64,000 nucleotides of DNA from Vitrella brassicaformis CCMP3155 (taxonomy: Eukaryota > Protista > Chromerida): assembly GCA_001179505.1 (NCBI GenBank), contig CDMY01000499.1:124001-188000 (forward strand). The letters are read 5' to 3'. Made by a program: the position numbers and the translations under genes. The notes under the pieces were generated by a model. That model saw only the letters and a program-made list of their open reading frames with translations, ran no database searches and was not told the DNA's origin. How positions within the stretch are numbered: position 1 is the stretch's first letter; each line of letters opens with the position of its first letter. Below are positions 49,292 through 61,399 of this stretch, piece after piece.

Positions 49292-50485
49292 CTAATGCGT
49301 GTGCTGACACGTGTGGGCGAGGGGGTTATGTGTGTGAGTGTGGGTGATCAGCAGCACCGCCTTTTTGCTGTGTGTGACGGACGTGTGTGCGTGTTTGTCT
49401 GTGTGTGTGTACGCCATGCTGGCGGGAGAGAGGGAGGGAGGGATTTTTGAAGGGTTTTTTTGGCGAGGCGAGGCGAGATAATGCTCATGCGTCCATGCCG
49501 TGGAGGGAAGGTGGCTGCGCAGCAGTTCATTCATTCACTCATTCATTCAGACAGAGGAGTGCAGTCAAGAATGATCCGCTCACAACTCGTGAGTCCATCC
49601 ATCCTGTCGTCTATCGCACCTGTGTGTCTCTCTTCCTCTCTCGCCGTTCGTATGCAGCCATCCATCCATCTGAGTGAGTGAGTGCATGGCCATCGCGTCG
49701 CCTTTTTGACGTTTGTGCTGCCTGCCTGTCGCCTTTTTGTTGACGTTTGTGCTGCCAGCCACTGATGCGCCTTCGTACGTCACGTGTGTCTGACTCCCCT
49801 GTGGCCGTTCGTTCTGTCTGACATGCCATGCGTGCGGGTGTGTGTGCGCGTCTGTGTTTGTAGTTGTGGTGCCGTTTTTGGCACTCATCCCTTCCCCTCC
49901 TTGTGGATCGCGTTCATGAGAGTATGTCGGGCGATGGGTGGATACGGACGCGCACAGCCAGCGGAGTTTTTATTGAGTGACACTCCCCTGCGAAATCAAT
50001 GGGATAAACCGCAGAAAACAAAGAGGCTTCTGGTCGATGGCTGTAGCGCATCGCTCGCTGCCGTCTCCAGGGTCTTCCAGGCAAACTGATGATTCTATTG
50101 CAGAACTTTGCACTGACAAGCCTCACAGAGGTCAGAGAGCTGCTGCAAGTCCCTCGGCCCCAAATCGCTCGGCCCCAATCCGGTGCGAGCTTAAAGTTTT
50201 TCCTTTCGCCTTTTTCTTCTCCTCCGGGCCACCCGAGCTCTCCAGGAGAGGCCTCTTGCACAGCTGGAATCGGCGGTTCCCACCTCCACGTCTGTCAGTG
50301 GAGCTCATCCTCGCAGCCTCCGCTGAGCTTTTGGTATGCCACAGCACGCCGAAAGAAGCGAAATTGGTGGACATATGGCCATCCTGCGTGACGTGTGTTT
50401 GTGTCTGTGACTGCTTCAGGCGGGCCCCTCTTTATTTCCGCTCGTTTGGGTCCGTTCGCTGATATTCTCTTGGTGATTGTCAGGG

Positions 50486-50897
50486 ATGAGTTACCAGAGT
50501 GCAGATCACCAGAAGGAGGAGTTTCGAAAGTATTTGGAGAAGAACGGTGTAATTCAGCAGCTGACTCGCGTGCTGGTGGGCCTGTATGAGGAGCCGGAGC
50601 GTCCCGTCAACGCTATCGACTTCATCAAAAAACACCTCGGCGCACCCACAGGTGGGTGAACAAGGCACACACAGCGACCAACGCCCCCCAGGGGCACCGT
50701 GTGACGTGCTGTCTCCGGGTGTCCCTGTCTCTGTCTGCCTGTCTGCCTTTCCATGTGTGTGTGTGTGTGTAGGGGTTGACATAGATGAGCTTCGTGCTGA
50801 GAACGAAGAGCTGAAGAAGCGCAATGAGGAGTTGACGAAGCGAGTGGATGAGCTGCTGCGACAACTCGAGGCCGTCAGGCAGGAACAGGAGGAATAG
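50486..50897 (+). CDS. MYCBP: c-Myc-binding protein (AMY-1) homolog
   Basis: KEEFRKYLEKNGVIQQLTRVLVGLYEEPERPVNAIDFIKKHLG|...ELRAENEELK coiled coil. Two exons. Confidence 0.9.
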
Positions 50898-51518
50898 CTG
50901 CCGAGCCAATCAGTGACGCCTGCCTGCCGGGACACACAAACAACTCATGGATGAGCATGTCTGACAGTGTATTGGGATTGGTGTGGTGAATGTCTGGACG
51001 AACGTCTCGTGTGGGGCGATGTGCACTTGACCGGATCCATCAAGCGGTAGTCGATACATATGCTTTTCCGTTGATCGATCAACCGCCCGCTACAGACATG
51101 CATCCCTTCCTGTATGTCGATCGTTTGTCTCCTGCCTGTCCGCCTTTTCGTGCCGTGCTCCTGCCTGTCGTGTGTGTGGATGAGCGCATGGGCCTGTTTG
51201 TCTGCATGGCCTCTTGTCGATCGACTTTATCTTCATTTGTTGCATCATGATGTACGATCGATGGGCAGTCAGTCACATAAGCTCAATCCGCCTCGCATTC
51301 AGTCACCTGAGTCAGCTCTGGGCATCTCGCCAAACTGCACTGGGGCTGCATGTCTTCAAATTGTTCAGTTGATCTGCGACGCCTGATCTGGCAAGGGCGT
51401 GGCGGTTGCCGTGAGTTTCCTGCAGAGAGCTTTTCACGCCATGGATTGCTGCCCCCTGACGGGAAGAATCGGACTTGCGAGCTTCTGAGTGAGAGCTCTA
51501 CCTCCACGTCGAGCAGCG

Positions 51519-54500
51519 ATGGCGGACCGAGGCCTAGCGCGGCACGATCCCATCACTGTCTGCGCCAAAGGTGAGGTGCATTACTGAGATCTATCAGACA
51601 GAGAGGACGACAGTCAGATCTGTTGTTCGCCTTGCCTTGCGTGTGTGTTTGTGCAGATCTGTCCTACTGGATTGTGACGAATCGCAAGCACCAGACGAAG
51701 AAGCAGATCATCAAAGATGTGGACCTCATCGTGCGGCCTGGACAGTTACTTGCTATCATGGTAGCCACAGATACACGCGCACACACACACACACAGAGCA
51801 GCCAGTCATTCTGTGTGTGAATTGTGTGCGCCTGCAGGGGCCGAGTGGCTCGGGCAAGACCACCCTGATAAATTTGATAGCCGGCCGCGTCACGGGGGGC
51901 GAGCGCAAGGGCGACGTCTACTTCAACGGCCAAGCAAACCCTTCAAACAGGCAGAAGTTCGTCAGGTCAGGTGAAGGGCACAGTCAGTCGCCATGTTGGT
52001 GTGGAGGGATCCCTGTGTGTGTGGCCGGTTGCACAGCTATGTGATGCAGAGTGACTGCCTGCTGGACTTCCTGACAGTAGAAGAGACTCTCCGCCTCAAC
52101 GCCGCCCTCAAGCTCAAGAAATGCTCCAAGTACGAGAGGAACGACCGGGTGGAGCGTGTCATCAACGAGCTGGGTCAGCAAGCACCGCCACCATACTCAC
52201 ACATACGCAGATATGATGCACATCCGTCTGTCTGCATGCCTAAGTGCAGGTCTGGACAGGTGCCGAAGGACGCTCGTGGGCGGGAGCGCCAGTAAGGGCA
52301 TCTCTGGCGGCGAGAAGAAGAGGGTGTCCATCGCGATAGAGCTTTTGGATGACCCCGCCTTGCTGTGTCTGGACGAGCCGACCAGTGGGCTTGATGCGGC
52401 CCTGGCGTATGACATGCTCAAGCTGCTCGTGCAGCTGGCAAGGTGAGCGGAAAGACGCACGCACACACGCGTTCTGCTGGTTTCTGGATGGATGGATGGA
52501 TGGATGGATGTCTGCAGGGCCGGCAGGACCATCATTTGCACCGTCCATCAGCCGGTGGGTATGCACGTGGCTTGTGTGCCAATCGATGAGCTCGTTGCCC
52601 TGTGTGGGTGTGTGTGGATGGATGGCTGCAGCGCTCGCAAGTGTTCGCTCTGTTCGATCAGCTGCTGCTCCTGAGTCGTGGCTCGGTGGTCTACCAGGGG
52701 CCGGCAGTCAAGGCCGACGAGTGGTTCGAACAGCTCGGGTGAGTGTGTGGCGGCAGGACACACACATACACACATAAGTGCAGCTGGTGGATGGTCTCCG
52801 TGTGTGTGAGTTAGGTATCCTTGCCCGGCACACTTCAATCCCGCCGACTTTCTGCTCGATCTCCTCACTGAGAGCGTGAGAGTAGCGACAAATCCATGTG
52901 TGTATATGGGACTTTGTCCCTCTGTGTTCAGCGGTCCAGCAACAACAGCAACACCCACACCACCAGCACCCCCCGCACCAGCACCCCGAAGGATGCCTTC
53001 TCGAGCGTTGCGCCGGATGCCGTGACGGACAGGACGGATGACACTGAGAAGGGCACCGCACTCGCAATCATCAACAAAGAGAAAGAGGAACAGGGTAGCA
53101 CACTACCAGGACACTTCCTCACACACCCACACACACACACACACACACACATAGATTGACGGTGGTCTCTGTCTGCCTTTCAGCTGTTAATGGCCGGTTC
53201 TCCGTCTCATCGAGCACCATTGACACCTTCCCGTCGCTCTTCGCGGCGAGCCCCATGGCACAAACCATCGCCGCCAACATCAAACACAACCTCGACAAAC
53301 AAAAGTGAGCACGAGAGGGACGGCACAGATATCGATCGCATGCCTTGTTTCGTGCAGAAGCCAGACGCTGCCGTGTGCGCGGAGCTCCGGCCTCATGCAG
53401 GCCAGGAACTGGCTGGCCGATGGCGTGGCATCCTTCGCCAGAGAGGCCGGGATCCTCACACAGAGGTCGGTCGCACACACGCTGACACACACAGACACAC
53501 ACATCAACACACACGTGTGTGTGTAATTGTGTACAGAATGGTGTTGAACTCGATCCGCAACCCGATGAAGACATTCGCCGACATAATGCAGAACTGTTTC
53601 CTTGGCTTCGTGCTCGGTGCAGTTTTCTGGTACACACAGACACACAGACAGACACACGCACAGAGAGAGTCGGCCTGTCTGATGATTTGGCCTTCGTATT
53701 TGCTCTGCAGGCAGCTGGGCGATGAGTCGTTTTCTGACGCGCAGAACAGGGCGGGCGCCTTCTTCTTCGTCGCCATCAACTTCGCCTTCGGGACGCTCTC
53801 CGTTCTGACCACCTTCCCACCGGAAAGGGCCCTGCTGAACCGGTGTGGTGTGCATGGGCATCTGTGTGCGCACACATTTGTCATGGCTCTACGTATATGT
53901 GGGCACACAGGGACACTGCCAATGGGATTCATGGGGTGCTCAGCTACTTCGTCGCCAAGGACGTGGGAGAGCTGCTCTTCACACACGTGAGCATTGACCA
54001 CTGAGCACACAGACAGCGGCTGACAGACAGACTGGCAGATCCTCTCTCTGTGTGGCTTCCGTCTGTGTGTCAGTTCCCGCCCACATTGTTCTGCTGCATC
54101 TTCTACTGGATGTGTGGAATGCGGCCCGACTTCGTGTCGTTCCTACTCTTCGTGCTGGTGTCCAACCTCTGCATCTTCGCAGCTTTCGGCGTGACACTGC
54201 TCATCGGGTATGGTGGTGTAGCAGAGTGACAGTGGGCCTGTGTAGACGCAGGCATGTGTGTGCAGGGCCGCCACTCCCTCGGCCGACATCGGCACCATCA
54301 TCACTGACCTGACGCTGATCGTATTCATTTTGAATGGCGGCTTCTTCCTCAAGGACGCTGACATCCCGCCATGGTAGAACGCCCGCGACCCCACCCACTC
54401 CACGCGCCCACGCATTCGTGTCTGCCTGTCTTTCTGTGTCTTCCTTTCTGTTTCTCGTGTCTGTCAGGGTCGGGTGGATCAAGTGGATCTCCTTTATCCG

Positions 54501-54851
54501 GTCGGTAGGCGGGCGCGCCCTACACGATTGACACCTACCCTCTCTCTCTCTGTGTGTGTTTGTCATGCAGCTACACCTTTATGGGCTACATGTTGGTCGA
54601 GTTCGAGGGCGACGACAGCCGATTTCAGGAGGGCATCGGCGGCGGGGAGGGCGTCCTGGAGTTCTATGGCCTGCAGCATGAGACCTTCGCAGCCACGTGC
54701 TTGACGTTATTCGGCCTTGGTGAGTGTCAGAGAGAGAGAGGGATGAAGTAAGGTGCACTCTGTGTGGTGCGTGGATGCAGGCATTGGTTTCCGCGTGTTG
54801 GCCTTCTTCTGCCTGAAGCATTTGAACCGGAAGCAGGGACTAGAGCTGTGA
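51519..54851 (+). CDS. ABCG (White-family) half transporter
   Basis: LLAIM|GPSGSGKTTL (Walker A), YVMQSD, ISGGEKKRVSIA (signature), LCLDEPTSGLD, TIICTVHQP, NPADFLLD, FPPERALL and a C-terminal TM domain ending KQGLEL*. Confidence 0.93.
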
Positions 54852-55194
54852 CTGACAAGCCGTGTCACAGTGTTGGCCGTACAGTACACTCAGGTCGTGC
54901 GATATGCACCCGATATATATGCATATGTGCGAAGCAAGCGCCTTTTCTCCCTTGCACCCCGTTTTGTGCCGTACACGACATTGAGGTCGTTTTATCGTAT
55001 ATATACGTGGATGCTCTTCTCTATGTTCTCTCTCTGAGTTGCGTGGAAGTGCGAAAGCTGTGTCGATGGCACAAAATGGATGTTTCTTTTATGGATGGGC
55101 GGACATATGGATGCGTACGTAGGTGGTCTGTGGGTGGCAAAGCCGCGTCTTGAAAGCTCCCATTTATGCATTCAGTCGCAAGCACGCCTTCTGC

Positions 55195-57014
55195 ATGCAT
55201 GCGGGAAGGGGGCCAGATGCATCCGCCCGCAGGCGCAGCCAACAGAAAATGCTGTGGTCCTCACGGGCCGCACGGCCCGAACCGAATTTGAATGGGGTCG
55301 TGCGCACACAGCAGGCCATCGCAGAAGCCTCGCCAACACCTCCAAGCCCAACACACAACGCGCAAAGCGGTGTGGCAAGAGCCATGATCTTTCCTCTCCA
55401 CCACAAGTGGGAGAACTCCCGTGTTTGTGCAGGCTCTTCTGCCCTCGGTGCATCGAGAAGCGACGACAAGGCGGCTTCTCAGCCGCCACTGGCTGCTGCT
55501 ACGACGCCATTGTGGGTGTCCTACCCCTCGCCCATTCCAAGCCCCGCAGCACCGCCGTACAGCCGAGTGCTGTACACCAGCGCCGCGCCGGGAAGCCCCC
55601 ATCCACACTATGATGCTGTAGCCCGAGCAGAGATGGAGAACAGGTTGGCGCGACTGCGCAACGAGCTGTCTGCAATGCAGAGGGAGAAGGAACACGTGAG
55701 CAACGCTTGTCGTGGAGGGGGGCCGATGAACTGGGGGAGTATTTGCTGGTTTCTGCGTGTCGTTCAGGCAGACACGATGGCTCGGCAGGCATCGCAGCAG
55801 CTGGAAGGGGAGCGCTTGAAGTACTTCGAGCTGTCAGCTCAAAAGGTTCGTACACAGTCCGGCACATTACTTGGTTGCGCCTTGGAATGTGTATGTGCCC
55901 ATGGATGCACGGCTTCAGACTCACACGGAGAGGACCGTCGCTGCCGACAAGCAGCGGCTGGCGGGCCTGACGAATGAGGTGAATGAGTTCAAGCAGAAAA
56001 TGGACAGCCTTAAGGGCGAGAACAGTCAGCTCACGCAGAAGATCGCAAGCCTCAAATCGCAGGCAGGCGCCGAGCCAATTGCGCCGAGCGATACGCAAGA
56101 CAGCATCGATTTGGCCGTTTGTGTGTTCACTAGTTGTCGGAGAGCCAGACGGCGCAACAGACCGATAGGCAGCTGAAAGATCAGCTGCAGCAGAAAGAGG
56201 GCCAGCTGCAAAAGGTGAAGAAGGAGAATGCTCAGCTCAGGGGAGAGTGCACGGCGGTGCAGGCGGAGATCGCCTCATCAAAGGTACTAGCTGGAACTCA
56301 AACATACCACAATGCAGAAACATGTCTTGTTCCCCTTTGCCCAGCGAGATGGTGCATTGCTGTGCAAGAAGATGGAAAGCCGACTCGATGCAAGCCAGGT
56401 AGGACTCCACCGTAGGAGATAGATAATCTCAAACATACTCATCCTTGATAGTGTTCTCCTCTCAGGGTCGCATTAGCAGCCTCGAATCGGAGCTCGCTCG
56501 TGCAAACAGAGAGGTACTGCTGTTGGGTCATCTGTTAGCTGATTGATTGATTGAATGGATGGATGGATGGATGACTGCAGCTGCTCAATGCCGAGGGTTT
56601 GCTGACAAAGTACAAGAATGAGGAGGCGAAGCTCGTAGAGGAGCTTAAACAGAGAGAACACAAAATGAAACAAAACGTGGACACGTAAGAGAAAAGGTGA
56701 TACAAGTCATGTCTCCATCTCTCAGTCGACGTCTCTTCATTTGCAGCCTCAATGAGCTTGCGTGCAGTGAGAAACGATACAAAGAGAAGTCCACGGGCCT
56801 TACTGAGCAGAACAAACACTTGAAGAGCGCAATCGACACACTCGCAGCTGATCTCGAAAGGTACAATCTCTCTCTTTCTGCCAAGTGCATTGCAGGTGTT
56901 TGTATTCACAGGTGTCTCTTTCGTTCGAAGCGTGGTGCATGCGGTAGTGAAAACGTTGACATTCAGCTGGCAAGCTTTGGCATCGACTGCCCCATCAGTT
57001 ACTCGTGGATGTGA
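55195..57014 (+). CDS. Coiled-coil protein of unknown function
   Basis: Successive in-phase exons with heptad E/K/Q/L-rich sequence (MENRLARLRNELSAMQREKE, NEVNEFKQKMDSLKGENSQL, LKDQLQQKEGQLQKVKKENAQL). Start and stop are tentative. Confidence 0.6.
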
Positions 57015-57945
57015 AGAGAGGGGGTGAATGGAGGGCATGCGTAGTGCATGCAGTTTCGGCAACGGATGTGTGCATGTCGAAAGCAGGCCGATCTTGTAGT
57101 GAAATCGACCGACTGATGAGCGGCTAAGGGCAAATGGTAGAGAAAGATGATTGTTTCAAGAATTTTTACTAGACACGCTATGAACCCACGCAGAGTTGCT
57201 ACATTCTATTATCCGCATCCGTCACTAAGAGACACGCATTCGTTCCGTCCCTTATCGACTCGGATGTCTACTTGTACCTTCGCTAGCAGAAACGCACACA
57301 GCGACTTTGCGTTGAGAGAAAAGAAAGAAAGGATCATTCATCCTTTATGATCCCTCTTTACTATCTTCTTGTCTTGATCCACTCAGCTAAACAACGACGA
57401 TGGTCTACTTATATGCCGAGCTCGATGAAGATGCCTCCACTGTCTTACAGAAGGCTATCGAGTGAGACCTTGATGAAGTCCTCAAACAGCGAAGCCCCAT
57501 TTGGTGAGTGTCTTGTCTTTGGACCCTCTTTTGCAGCTCTTTGTGCAGGTCAGCCGCATCCGCGAGCCACGACAGATAGTTCCTCTCCTCACGAATGACA
57601 GTTCCCTGAGGGCTGCCTGCAAGAACACGCATCTGCCTCGGAATCAAGACATGAAGACAAAATGTCGGGACTGTGACGTGGCGAGACGTATGTATCTACC
57701 CACCAATAGCGTTGCTGCATTTGTGGGTTTCGATAAGGGATGTCTCTCTCCCAACCCAGCTCGCCGCGAGGAAACAGCAGCACGAAATGTAGAGCGTCAT
57801 AGTGAGGACTCAGCTCGTTGATGCGTGGAAACCTGTCTTGTCGGCAGAAGATGAGAACTTCCTGATTGTTGCCGTGACTGCCATCAGGAATGAACGCTGC
57901 GATCTCATTGCATGTCGGCACGTTGTAGAGTCTGCATTGAGATAG

Positions 57946-58690
57946 TCAGAGACAGCACATGGAGGCGCCGAAGACGTAGTGGTCCTTGCGGATCACAAAC
58001 AGCAGGCGCTGCCTGTCGCCGACACAACGCAACAGATCGGCCACAGTGGTGCCGTCGCGCGATGACCTGACGTACACACAGACAATGCTCTCTCTCTCTC
58101 TCTCTCTCCGTCTCTCTGCGTGTGTTTGTGGGCTGCACAGATACCGGTAGACGGACTGCAGCCTGGTGCTGTGGTCGCCTAGCAGTCCCAGCAGGCCGCA
58201 GTACTTCCGTCGTGTCAGCGACGTGCCCCGCGGCACAAGCACCTGCCAACAACACAGTGGCACACACACACACACACTCACGAGAGCATAGCTGCCGAAG
58301 TCAGTTGTCCAGTGCCGGTTTGTTCTCACCGTCTGCATGTGAAAGGCCAGCAGGGAAGCCACGGCCTCCCTCAGGCCGTAGTTCAGGCGGACGTCCGTGT
58401 GCGCAGTCTCCTCCCTGATCAACATGATGCACACACGAATGCGGGGGGAAGACGTCGAACAACCCATTGACACCCTTATGCGTGTCGCCTCGGTGTCTTA
58501 GTCTATATGCACGCGGGACACTTGGCACGACGACGACGGTTGTTGGGGTCATCGCGGACGAGCTTCCTGACGCACTGCAGCAAGCACTGCAGACACACAC
58601 ATGACATGCCGTTGTCACCAACACCCTCTCCAGTGCCCACTCACTCACCGCCGCGCAGTAGGAATGACTTGAGCGAAAAGAAACCGCCAC
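57946..58690 (-). pseudogene. Spliced RING-finger + TLDc host-gene fragment inside the Helitron
   Basis: Exons SHSYCAA|CLLQC...KCPAC(R)EETAHTDVRLNYGLREAV (RING) and LQSVY|RSSRDGTTVADLLRCVGDRQRLLFVIRKDHYVFGA (TLDc N-half). Truncated at both ends, and one donor site is damaged. Confidence 0.65.
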
Positions 58691-59088
58691 ACACACAGCC
58701 GTCTTGTTGGCCTTGTGTGCGGTGTGTGTGCATTGCTCACCGCATGTGAGCTGGTTGAGTGCCAGGCTCAGTGCCTTGTCGCCATGCGACAGGTAGTCGT
58801 CGTCATACTAAGACCACCAACAGAGGCCGCCATTGTAAGAAGCAACGAAATTTGAAAGCTGAGACGCAGTCTCCAAGAGAAAGAGCGGCGGGGCCCAAAC
58901 AGATCGCAATCTCGGTTTATAGCCGCGGTTTTTCAGCTGGCATTGGGTGAGTTGTTGATGATGAAGAGACCACGACGCGGGGACCACGGTGCTGGTCCGA
59001 AAGTGCCAGTGGACCATCTCAACGGCCCAAGTGCAACGGCCTTTCACAAGACCCCACAATGACTGCCGCTGATGTTCCTGAGATGGCC

Positions 59089-59388
59089 NNNNNNNNNNNN
59101 NNNNNNNNNNNNNNNNNNNNNNNNNNNNNNNNNNNNNNNNNNNNNNNNNNNNNNNNNNNNNNNNNNNNNNNNNNNNNNNNNNNNNNNNNNNNNNNNNNNN
59201 NNNNNNNNNNNNNNNNNNNNNNNNNNNNNNNNNNNNNNNNNNNNNNNNNNNNNNNNNNNNNNNNNNNNNNNNNNNNNNNNNNNNNNNNNNNNNNNNNNNN
59301 NNNNNNNNNNNNNNNNNNNNNNNNNNNNNNNNNNNNNNNNNNNNNNNNNNNNNNNNNNNNNNNNNNNNNNNNNNNNNNNNNNNNNNNN
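59089..59388. other. Assembly gap (300 N)
   Basis: Run of N. Confidence 0.99.
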
Positions 59389-60180
59389 GGTGAAGCTGAA
59401 GGACCTGGCTGTGGCTGGGATGGCATGTTCGTTGCTGAGGGAGGCGCAGCGTCCTCCGTGCCATTCATCGCTGTCGCCTCTTCAGCAAGACACGAGACAA
59501 AACAAAACAAATGGATACTCCCAGTCACATAACTTTATCTCTCCTACGCTGCTGGGCATTATAAGGCATTTGCAGTTGAGCAAGATGAGCGACAATGGGA
59601 TACCCATCCACTGGCCCGCAGAAGGTCGTCGAACACGACTGGCCTGTTCCTTCGACACCTGCCCGATGCATGCGCCCCTGCTCTGCCATGTATCGCAGAT
59701 ATGCGTTCGGGCAGATCAGCTGATAGCGCTGCTCCTGCATTCCCAGCGCAATTGACGCAGCGTGACAAGCATAGCACTCCAAAGGGTGTTGCTGCAACAG
59801 CTCTTGCACGCCGGCAGCACCGCCAAACCTGTTGAGAAACTGCACCGACGCAATCGATACGCATACACACAAATACACAGATGACGTCCACACGGTCAGT
59901 CGACGGATCAGTACACTGAACTACACTGAACATTCTTACATCACACAAACTTACCTCTCGACGGTTGGGTAGCTGCCCATTTTGCAACACCATGTCCTCC
60001 ACCTGCCTAAGGGGCAGGAGCCGATGCACAGTGGTGTCATTTGCAGGCATACCAGCGTACCAGTGAGGGTATCTTACCGTGTTTATTAGCGTGCTCTCTG
60101 TATTGTTGGATGTAGAACACATCGTGAGGCTCCATGAGGTCTGCTGTCTCGAAGTTGAAAGTGAGGCGGCGGCACGCGAT

Positions 60181-60256
60181 GTAGGTGAGCTCGCCATCGA
60201 TGCTGAGGGCGTTGGGTTGTAGATGAGCTCGCCATCGATGCTGAGGGCGTTGGGTT
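60181..60256. repeat. 38-bp tandem duplication (1 mismatch)
   Basis: GTAG(G/A)TGAGCTCGCCATCGATGCTGAGGGCGTTGGGTT twice; it frameshifts the minus-strand reading frame. Confidence 0.95.
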
Positions 60257-61399
60257 TTCCCCGGTCTTCGCAGCATTGGTCAAAGTTCGACCCCACTCGA
60301 CGGAACTTGTATATGTCGACGAAACTTGTCAACGTCAGTCTGCCTGAATATGTAGAGACACACATCATTAATATTATCCACATTCCCATCGGCCCTATCC
60401 ACACAAGCGTACAAAGACATAGTGAAAGGCAGCGATATGACGCCTTATAACCGGGGCCTACGTGTGGACTTTTTTGGGGGGCGCCTCACGCTTTACCTCG
60501 CTTTTGAGGGGCACGTCGGGCCAAGCGTCGGGCTTCCTTTGCTCTGAGTCGGTCGACAGCGTAATCGGCGACCGTGTCTCTCTTCGGCGCAGTCACACTT
60601 ATGCACAGTCAGTAAGGCAAGAGGGCAACAGACCAACACATTCAGCCCACCTTCCCCCCCATCCCACCACCCTTCCTCTGTTAATGACATCGTCCTCGAG
60701 GTTCAACTGCTGCAGCACGGCACGCCAGCGGGGCATCAATGTGGGGAAGCGGACGTTAAGCGACTGAGAAAGGTTGTAATTCGGCGATTCAGTGCAGCGA
60801 GAACACTTAAATCATACAAGCTTACTTCTCAATTGTTACTTCTCGACGGGTGGGTAGCTGGGCATTTTGGAACACATGAGTTTAAGTGTGTCTCTCAAAC
60901 TTGTGTCTCTAAAACATATACACACAGCGGCACACCTCATTCGTCCGCCTCTCCCCATCTCTCACACTTTCTCCGCCGCCCTCCGGCCAACGATGACGTC
61001 GTACGTGTCCGAAAACTGCGCCGGACAAGAAACCGACAGTGAAATCGTATGCGTCTTCCACCTGCCGAAGGTTCAGCAAGCAATGCACATTGGTGTCACC
61101 TGAAGGAGGGTCATGGAGGGCACGACAGCCAATAATGTCGGTGTCGCGCTCGTACTCGATATCAGCACGCGCACAGTTGCAGCCGTCTTAGATGCGACGA
61201 GTGTGAACGTTGAAAAGACGCCGCACGGTTTGAAGGATCTGCTGAAGCCGCCATGGGTTGACACATTCCGGATCCACGGGGGCCTGCCTTACAAACAGCA
61301 GCAATGACGCAGATAATCAGTGGCACACCATCAGAGAACGACAGACGCGCAGCAGGGGGGAGGGGGAAAGGAAAGACAAGCAGAGGCTTCAAGATATAC

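Larger units (their letters stand above)
57169..60890 (-). mobile_element. Decayed Helitron (RepHel N-terminal fragments)
   Basis: RLYNVPTCNEIAAFIPDG...RINELSPHYDALHFVLLFPRGELGW (57.7-57.93 kb) matches the Helitron helicase-like N-terminal region. Frameshifted HC..CC.NGQL motif near 59.97 kb. Candidate 3' end ...GTAGCAAC..CGTGGG..CTAG|T at 57169-57204. The 5' boundary is unknown. Confidence 0.7.
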
